Shown here piece by piece: positions 58,391 through 64,000 of a stretch of DNA of 64,000 nucleotides. The position numbers were made by a program, and so were the translations under genes. A model generated the notes under the pieces. That model worked only from the letters and a program-made list of their open reading frames with translations. It was not told where the DNA came from and searched no databases. Origin of the DNA: Candidatus Nanohaloarchaea archaeon. Its GTDB lineage: Archaea > Nanohalarchaeota > Nanosalinia > Nanosalinales > Nanosalinaceae. Each line of letters opens with the position of its first letter. Position 1 is the stretch's first letter. The stretch covers positions 224,001 through 288,000 of the forward strand of contig CP046106.1 in the NCBI GenBank assembly GCA_013343275.1, in the 5' to 3' direction.

Positions 58391-58618
58391 ATGGAAAAGA
58401 ACGTAGGTGACACGGACCGCAAGATAAGAATGGCTCTGGGGACTATCCTAGTTGCGCTGGGAGCAGCAGGGTATGCAGGAGTAATCCCTATAGCTAACGT
58501 TGCACCGCAGGCTCTGACCTCGGTGGCCTTAACGGTTGTAGGTATAGTGCTTCTGGTTACAGGTTACACCAGCAAGTGCGCGCTTTACTCCGCTCTGAGA
58601 ATCGATACCTCGGAGTAG
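58391..58618 (+). CDS. DUF2892 membrane protein
   Basis: MEKNVG.TDR.IR, C.LY..L.IDT. Confidence 0.85.
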   Translation: MEKNVGDTDRKIRMALGTILVALGAAGYAGVIPIANVAPQALTSVALTVVGIVLLVTGYTSKCALYSALRIDTSE

Positions 58619-58658
58619 ATTAGCCGATCTCTAGGTCTCCACTTTTTTGATCTTTGAG

Positions 58659-59024
58659 TCAGGTCACCCAGGCCTCTTCTTTTTCTCCTTCTCTGAGGTT
58701 GTCTCGGCCCCACTCTATCATGTCTTCGACAAGTGGCAGAAGCTTTTCGCCGAACTCTGTCAGTTCGTATGTGATCTTCACCGGTTTCTCATCCTCTACC
58801 TTCCTGTTGATTATGCCCTGTTCCTGCATTCTATCGAGGTTGTCGGAAAGAGTTTTGTTGGTGATACCTCCGATCTCATCCTTTAACTGGTTGAAACGTA
58901 CTTCTTCATTGTCTCCTACATGGAAGACAATTACCGGCACCCATTTGTGGCCCAGAATTTTTGAAGTAGATTTCAATGCACACCACTCTCCTCCTTTACA
59001 CCATACAGGAATTCTATCAGTCAT
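58659..59024 (-). CDS. HxlR family winged-helix regulator
   Basis: ILGHKW, RFNQLK, ITNKTLS, P.KITYELTEFG. Confidence 0.88.
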   Translation of the reverse strand: MTDRIPVWCKGGEWCALKSTSKILGHKWVPVIVFHVGDNEEVRFNQLKDEIGGITNKTLSDNLDRMQEQGIINRKVEDEKPVKITYELTEFGEKLLPLVEDMIEWGRDNLREGEKEEAWVT

Positions 59025-59140
59025 CAGGTATCCTCCTCGAAACCTCGTGTAAAGGTACACACTCCGGCCTTTAATATCTTCTGTAAATCAGGTATAGATA
59101 TGAAACTAATTTTGAGAGTCGGAGACGGAGGTAGAGAAAT

Positions 59141-59950
59141 ATGAGCGAAAATGAAGGTATCAAACTGGAGTTCACTGCAAAACAGGCTACTATTCTGTCC
59201 CTTGCATTAGGCCTTTTGGTTGGTGGTTTCGGAGGTTTTGCTTTAGGGACTGTAAGTGCTTCTCCAGCCGAGAGAGCCACAGTGACAGATAATTCACAGA
59301 ATACTAACTCGGATAGCGGTAGCGGTGATTCTACCAGCCTGGTAAGCCTGGAAGGTATAGAGTTCAAGGGAGAACCTGATCTCGGTAATGAAAGTGCCCC
59401 GATCAAGGTAGTGGAGTACACCGAGTTCGGATGTCCGTTCTGCTCGGAATGGGAAGGCTATGATGCGTCTTCCAGGATTCCTATAGATCGGTGGAACGTC
59501 AAAAAGAACCTGGTACAGGAGTATGTGGAGACAGGAGAAGTAGAGTTTATTCAGAAGAACTGGCCACAACCAAGACTGCACCCTAACTCTATTAAAGGCC
59601 ACAAGATCGCAAACTGCGTCTACAGGAATGCTAACGAATCCAAGTACTGGGATTATCAGGGCCAGCTGTTTGACCGTAGAGCTCAGTGGATGAAAGGAGG
59701 ACAGGACAATCCAAAACAGACATTCAGGCAGATCTCCAACGATCTCGGCCTTGATACGGAAACTATCCTGAGCTGTTACAACTCCTCGAACGCAGAGGAG
59801 GCCAAGGAAGATCAGAATGCATTGACAAGACAGATCGGAAGGATAGGCACGCCGACATTCTTTATCGGAAACAGAGAGCAGGGATTCATCAAAATCTCGG
59901 GCGCTCAACCTCTTTCAAGATTTAGAGAAGCAATTCAGAGATTCCAGTAA
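59141..59950 (+). CDS. DsbA family membrane-anchored thiol-disulfide oxidoreductase
   Basis: G.ESAPIKVVEYTEFGCPFC, GTPTFFIG, GAQP. Confidence 0.88.
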   Translation: MSENEGIKLEFTAKQATILSLALGLLVGGFGGFALGTVSASPAERATVTDNSQNTNSDSGSGDSTSLVSLEGIEFKGEPDLGNESAPIKVVEYTEFGCPFCSEWEGYDASSRIPIDRWNVKKNLVQEYVETGEVEFIQKNWPQPRLHPNSIKGHKIANCVYRNANESKYWDYQGQLFDRRAQWMKGGQDNPKQTFRQISNDLGLDTETILSCYNSSNAEEAKEDQNALTRQIGRIGTPTFFIGNREQGFIKISGAQPLSRFREAIQRFQ

Positions 59951-60498
59951 TGACTATAGAAATCACTGTAAACCCAAAAATCACTGTAAACCCAAGGAGA
60001 TGGCCAGAAGGATTTAAGCAAGGTCTTGAAGGAGCCTCCCGTAACTGGAAGAGGGCTATAGGTGCCTCCTCTGTCGGCCTCTCTGCTTTCCTTCTTACTG
60101 TTTTCTCTTCGAGTCCCGAGTACTCAATGCAGATGCTTTCCTCAGGGATAAAGTACTGGAGCCTGGCCTTTTCAACACGGCTCTCAGGACTTCTAGCTAC
60201 CTCAGGTTATACAGGTCTTTCACTAACACTTCTGTTCTCGGCTCTTGTGGGCGTTACAATGACAAACACAGCAGTACAGCTGAGAAGAAACAGGCTAGAT
60301 TTCAGCAGTATAGGAGCTCTTCCAGGGTTTCTGGCCGGAGGATGTGCCTCCTGTGGTGTCGGAGTTCTCTCACTCCTTGGATTCGGAGGAGTACTTGCCT
60401 CCATGCCATATGAAGGAAATCTTCTCAGACTCGGAGGAGCACTCTTGCTGGCAGGACTGATCACAAGGACAGGAAATCCTGATACATGCAAAATCTAG
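59950..60498 (+). CDS. Membrane protein with GCASC motif (probable DsbA partner)
   Basis: Several TMs; AGGCASCG; TAATG coupling to the DsbA gene. Confidence 0.7.
   Translation: MTIEITVNPKITVNPRRWPEGFKQGLEGASRNWKRAIGASSVGLSAFLLTVFSSSPEYSMQMLSSGIKYWSLAFSTRLSGLLATSGYTGLSLTLLFSALVGVTMTNTAVQLRRNRLDFSSIGALPGFLAGGCASCGVGVLSLLGFGGVLASMPYEGNLLRLGGALLLAGLITRTGNPDTCKI
59960..59995 (+). repeat. Perfect 18-bp tandem duplication (in frame, ITVNP x2)
   Basis: AAATCACTGTAAACCCAA twice. Confidence 0.85.
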
Positions 60499-60633
60499 AT
60501 AGATAATTACTTACTTCGAACCATTAAGACCTTATCTAGGAGTTGTTTCAACGGTGCTGATTTGGTTCTTCGTCTACAGGGATTTCCTAAAGAAAGAATA
60601 AAAATTATCAAGAAAGGCGATGAAGGCTTGTAG

Positions 60634-61059
60634 TTATTCTAGTTTCAGTTTTACAGGTGTTTCATGGCTGATGTTATCTCTAACAGGGCATCTCTGCTCT
60701 ACTTTCTCGAACAGTTCTCTTTCAGTCTCTAGATCTGCATCTGTCTCTGCATCGATATTCATTTCTATCTGCTGGAACCCTGCTCTTTCATCGGTGTCCT
60801 CGCCCTGGAACTTAGCGGGGTTAAGCTCTCCTGAGGCCTTTATCTCCAGATTTTCAATCTCTACACCCATTTCATCTGCCACGACATGGGCCACTACATT
60901 GAAGCATCCTGTTAATGCCCCTAGTTCGTATTCTACTGGAGTAGGTGCTGAACCTGTGCCTCCGTGGGCCTCTGGCTCGTCTATTTCGAAGCTGTAACCT
61001 CTAACGTTTACCTCTACTTTTGTCGGATTCTTGCTCTCTGCATTTACATCAGATTTCAT
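60634..61059 (-). CDS. OsmC family protein
   Basis: IDEP..HGG...APTPVEY.LGAL.GC ... RCPV.D. Confidence 0.9.
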   Translation of the reverse strand: MKSDVNAESKNPTKVEVNVRGYSFEIDEPEAHGGTGSAPTPVEYELGALTGCFNVVAHVVADEMGVEIENLEIKASGELNPAKFQGEDTDERAGFQQIEMNIDAETDADLETERELFEKVEQRCPVRDNISHETPVKLKLE

Positions 61060-61159
61060 TAATTGAAACTGGAGATAGGCTGTTTTTATCAGATCTGGTA
61101 ATAAATTCAAAGAAGTTGAAGAATGTGAATAAAAGAAAGGAAAAATACTGGAAATGCTG

Positions 61160-61405
61160 TTATTCTTCAAGGTTTTCTATTGCTTCCTCAATTTTATCCG
61201 GTCGGTAACCAATCACTGCTTCATCGCCGACGAATACCTGTGGAACTCCTTTCTGACCAGTCTTCTCGATCATTTCACGGGCCTTATCCCTGTCTTCAGC
61301 TACGTTATGTTCCTCAAACTCGTAGTCGTTCTCGTTAAGCCACTGTTTGACTTTTGTGCAGTAAGGACATGTCGGTGTCGAAAAGACTTGTATCTCTGCT
61401 GTCAT
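61160..61405 (-). CDS. Glutaredoxin (NrdH/YruB-like)
   Basis: STPTCPYC, GQKGVPQ. Confidence 0.9.
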   Translation of the reverse strand: MTAEIQVFSTPTCPYCTKVKQWLNENDYEFEEHNVAEDRDKAREMIEKTGQKGVPQVFVGDEAVIGYRPDKIEEAIENLEE

Positions 61406-61445
61406 AGTTTGTGTAAGAGTGTTGAACTTTTATACAGTTTGGGTT

Positions 61446-61775
61446 TCAGAGTTCTTCAAGAACCTCTATCTTTTCCTCTTCCCACTCTCTCATCCTTTCC
61501 TTAACCTTGCTCTTCATCTCATCTTTGTCAGGTACAGAGTAGATGTAGTATCGGCCTCTCTTACCTTCCTCTACCTTGCTCTCCCTCTCGACAAGGCCTG
61601 TGCTCTGAAGCTTGGAGAGGTATCTCTGAACAGTAGAACGATCCTTGCCTAGTTCCTCAGCTATATCCGATGCGCGGGCCTCATTATCGCATAAATAGTA
61701 GAGCACTTCTGTTTCCGAAGATGAAAGATTATACAGCACCTTCAGCAACTGCTTTATCTCGGTTGGACACTTCAT
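61446..61775 (-). CDS. HTH transcriptional regulator (TrmB-like N-terminal HTH)
   Basis: DIAEELGKDRSTVQRYLSKL...GLVER. Confidence 0.8.
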   Translation of the reverse strand: MKCPTEIKQLLKVLYNLSSSETEVLYYLCDNEARASDIAEELGKDRSTVQRYLSKLQSTGLVERESKVEEGKRGRYYIYSVPDKDEMKSKVKERMREWEEEKIEVLEEL

Positions 61776-61812
61776 GCAGAAAGTTTGTGCAACAAGATGT
61801 AAAACACTTTTT

Positions 61813-62025
61813 CTAGATTTTGCCTGTTGCAACGGCGTATCCTATTGCCGAGAAGAACAGGGCCTCCATCACAATTATTGTCGATACTAGAAGCCCACTG
61901 CCAGAGTCTAGGAAGCCTATATTGAAGATATCGCCGAGAAATGCTATTGCAACTACCAGACCTACAGCTCCTATAGCGGCAACTATGTGGAGGCCTAGAT
62001 CTTTAAGGAAATCAGGTATCTGCAT
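61813..62025 (-). CDS. Small two-TM membrane protein
   Basis: 70 aa, hydrophobic. Confidence 0.55.
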   Translation of the reverse strand: MQIPDFLKDLGLHIVAAIGAVGLVVAIAFLGDIFNIGFLDSGSGLLVSTIIVMEALFFSAIGYAVATGKI

Positions 62026-62080
62026 GTATCTAAGATTCCTTCAGTAAGAGATGTAAAACTCGGACCAGCAACGGTTTAAT

Positions 62081-62818
62081 GTGAGAATAGTTTCTCTAGC
62101 TCCCTCCAACACCGAGATCCTCTACCGGCTGGGCCTAGGGGATGAGATAGTTGCTACTACTTCTCTCTGCGGTACTCCTGTAGAGGCATTGGAGAAGCCA
62201 AGTATCGGTGGCTGGACTAATCCGGATATTGAGAAGGTTAGGAGCTTTGATCCTGATCTTGTAGTGGCTTCTGACGACCTTCAGGACAACGCAATCGACC
62301 TTTTCGAAGACGAGAGCTTTGAGATTCTGCAGGTCAGGCCCCATACTGTAGAGGAAGTTTTTGACAGCATCAGGAGGATTGGGAGGGCTGTCGACAGAGA
62401 GAAGGAAGCGGAGAAGCTTGTTGAAGAAATGAAGAATAACTTGGAAGGCCTTGAGTTCGATAGCTCGCCCAGGATTTACTGTGAGGAATGGATGGATCCG
62501 CCGATGGCCTCCGGTAACTGGATTCCAGGCCTTGTTGAGAGATCTGGTGGAGAGTACTTTATTGATGAAGGTGAACGCAGCAGAGAGTTCGATTTGGAGG
62601 AGTTGAAGGATTTCGATCCCGAATATATTTTTCTGAACGTATGCGGTGCTGGTGAGAATGTAGATAGATCAGAGATCCTGGAAAGGCCGGAGTGGCAGGA
62701 AATTACCGCTATCAAGAAGGAGAACGTTTTTGTGGTAGATGATTCGCTGTTGAACAGGCCCGGGCCTCGACTGGTTGACGGTATCGAAGAAATAGTAGAG
62801 AAAGTAAATGAGGAGTAA
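62081..62818 (+). CDS. Cobalamin-binding (BtuF-like) helical-backbone protein lacking a signal peptide
   Basis: RIVSLAPSNTEIL..LG, EEWMDP, LNRPGPRLVDG. Confidence 0.85.
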   Translation: MRIVSLAPSNTEILYRLGLGDEIVATTSLCGTPVEALEKPSIGGWTNPDIEKVRSFDPDLVVASDDLQDNAIDLFEDESFEILQVRPHTVEEVFDSIRRIGRAVDREKEAEKLVEEMKNNLEGLEFDSSPRIYCEEWMDPPMASGNWIPGLVERSGGEYFIDEGERSREFDLEELKDFDPEYIFLNVCGAGENVDRSEILERPEWQEITAIKKENVFVVDDSLLNRPGPRLVDGIEEIVEKVNEE

Positions 62819-62819
62819 G

Positions 62820-63380
62820 TTAGGTGTCGTGGTCCTGGTAAGGTTCTCCGTACTTCTCGCTTAGAAGGTTGGCTGCTGCTTTCGTGCCGTCGCCTATTGC
62901 GAAAGATGTCTGGTGCACCCAGTAACGGGCCAGTCCTGCTGCATATACATTTTCTGCGGCCTTATTGTCCTCATCTGTGTCTATGTGCTCATCCATCAGG
63001 TATGGGTCGTCACGGCCTTCGACGAAGTCGAGATCCAGTTCTTCTAGGTAGTCATGCATTCCTGCAGAGGCCACGATGACGTATTCTGTTTCGTATTCTT
63101 CTTCCGAAGTTGTTACTTTGAGGCCTTCATCGGTTCTCTCTACTTTTTCGACTTCTTCCTCTTTGAATTCTCCTCCGAATTCGTCGAGTTTTTCCTTTCC
63201 TTTTTTGAGTAGTTCGCTGCCGCTTATAGAGTCGTGGCCTATCAGGTTCTGAATGTTTGAAGTGTTTAGAACCAGGGACTCTCCTGAATCGAGTACAAGC
63301 ACGTCTTCGCCCGCCTTTGCGGTGAAAGAACCTGCCTGTAGGCCGGATACTCCGCCGCCGATTACGATTACGTCTTTCAT
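62820..63380 (-). CDS. Small FAD-dependent oxidoreductase (thioredoxin reductase-like)
   Basis: DVIVIGGGVSGL, VYAAG, AIGDG. Confidence 0.85.
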   Translation of the reverse strand: MKDVIVIGGGVSGLQAGSFTAKAGEDVLVLDSGESLVLNTSNIQNLIGHDSISGSELLKKGKEKLDEFGGEFKEEEVEKVERTDEGLKVTTSEEEYETEYVIVASAGMHDYLEELDLDFVEGRDDPYLMDEHIDTDEDNKAAENVYAAGLARYWVHQTSFAIGDGTKAAANLLSEKYGEPYQDHDT

Positions 63381-63487
63381 ACTTACTGGAAATCTGGATA
63401 AATCTGTAAATAACTTCCGGAGAGAAAAATTTCTCTCGCAGAGCAGGCTTTTTTATTGCGGTTGAGGTAAAATTTCTTTAGAATAAT

Positions 63488-64000
63488 ATGTTGACTAAGA
63501 GGCAGAAACTTCTAGCTGCAGTACTGTTTCTGCTAAGTATCTCTCTTGGAGTTGCTGCTTCTCTAGTTACTGAAAGCTACGCTCAGTCTGTCGCCCTGAT
63601 AAACATGATCTATCTGCCTATCTTTGCAGTTCTGATTGTTGCAACAGTTGTAGGCATGATTCCTCTAGTTAAGCTCTCCACAACTACTGTCTTTACAACC
63701 AGTAAAGATGGAGAAGAGATACTGGAGGATATCAATAAAGACGATTCGCTTCTGGCCCTTGATACAGAGAGAGGTTTCGAACTTGTCAATAGAGATGAGG
63801 GGAAGGTAGAGCTGGAGACATACCCTACACTGGTACATAAATGGCTGGATAGGGAAGTCAGAGTTGTAAAAGAGTTTGAACAGGTCTCAGATAACGAGCT
63901 AACAGTTGAGGAATACGTAAATGATGATGAAGAGTCTGTTTCAAAGTTAGAGATCGATGAGTCCGGAGATAACACCAAGTTAATAGACCGGACGGACTAC
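63488..64000 (+). CDS. Membrane-anchored hypothetical protein (3' end truncated by window)
   Basis: ATG at 63488 (MLTKRQKLLAAVLFLL...), two TMs, frame appears open to the window end. Confidence 0.65.
   Translation, partial: MLTKRQKLLAAVLFLLSISLGVAASLVTESYAQSVALINMIYLPIFAVLIVATVVGMIPLVKLSTTTVFTTSKDGEEILEDINKDDSLLALDTERGFELVNRDEGKVELETYPTLVHKWLDREVRVVKEFEQVSDNELTVEEYVNDDEESVSKLEIDESGDNTKLIDRTDY

Noticed and set aside
1-64000. CRISPR arrays, tRNA/rRNA genes, IS elements, integrases
   Set aside because: No regularly spaced repeats, cloverleaf candidates or transposase/integrase motifs seen by eye; tRNAscan-SE/Infernal would be needed to exclude small RNAs

Overview
Gene-dense chromosomal window from a halophilic archaeon, most likely a DPANN Nanohaloarchaeote (inference). 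The evidence is very acidic proteins, moderate GC, short intergenic spacers, and archaeal markers: proteasome beta, aCPSF1/FttA, PINA ATPase and archaeal-type ProRS. Layout: large secreted/surface proteins (0-16 kb); two different prolyl-tRNA synthetases; peptidases and a frameshifted DEAD-box helicase; psmB-aCPSF1; a variable region with an AT-rich two-gene cassette; nrdR-nrdJ with tandem NrdR boxes; PINA, a CBS-HPF protein and DNA repair genes; MMPL/ABC export clusters; an ArsR/thiol-redox cluster. No rRNA, tRNA, CRISPR array or transposase was recognised. Main discovery: next to the normal archaeal ProRS (24 Pro in 492 aa) is a second, bacterial-type ProRS (16087-17313) with no proline in 408 aa, in which the usually conserved Pro positions are substituted. 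Upstream of it are two short ORFs sharing a synonymously diverged GGYVP motif, a hairpin, and a third uORF overlapping its start. This looks like a proline-starvation (or ProRS-inhibition) rescue system. A second GG-motif leader peptide with attenuator-like pairing precedes a GNAT gene. Also notable are a secreted protein built from scrambled HU fragments and a strongly over-represented AGGCCT palindrome.
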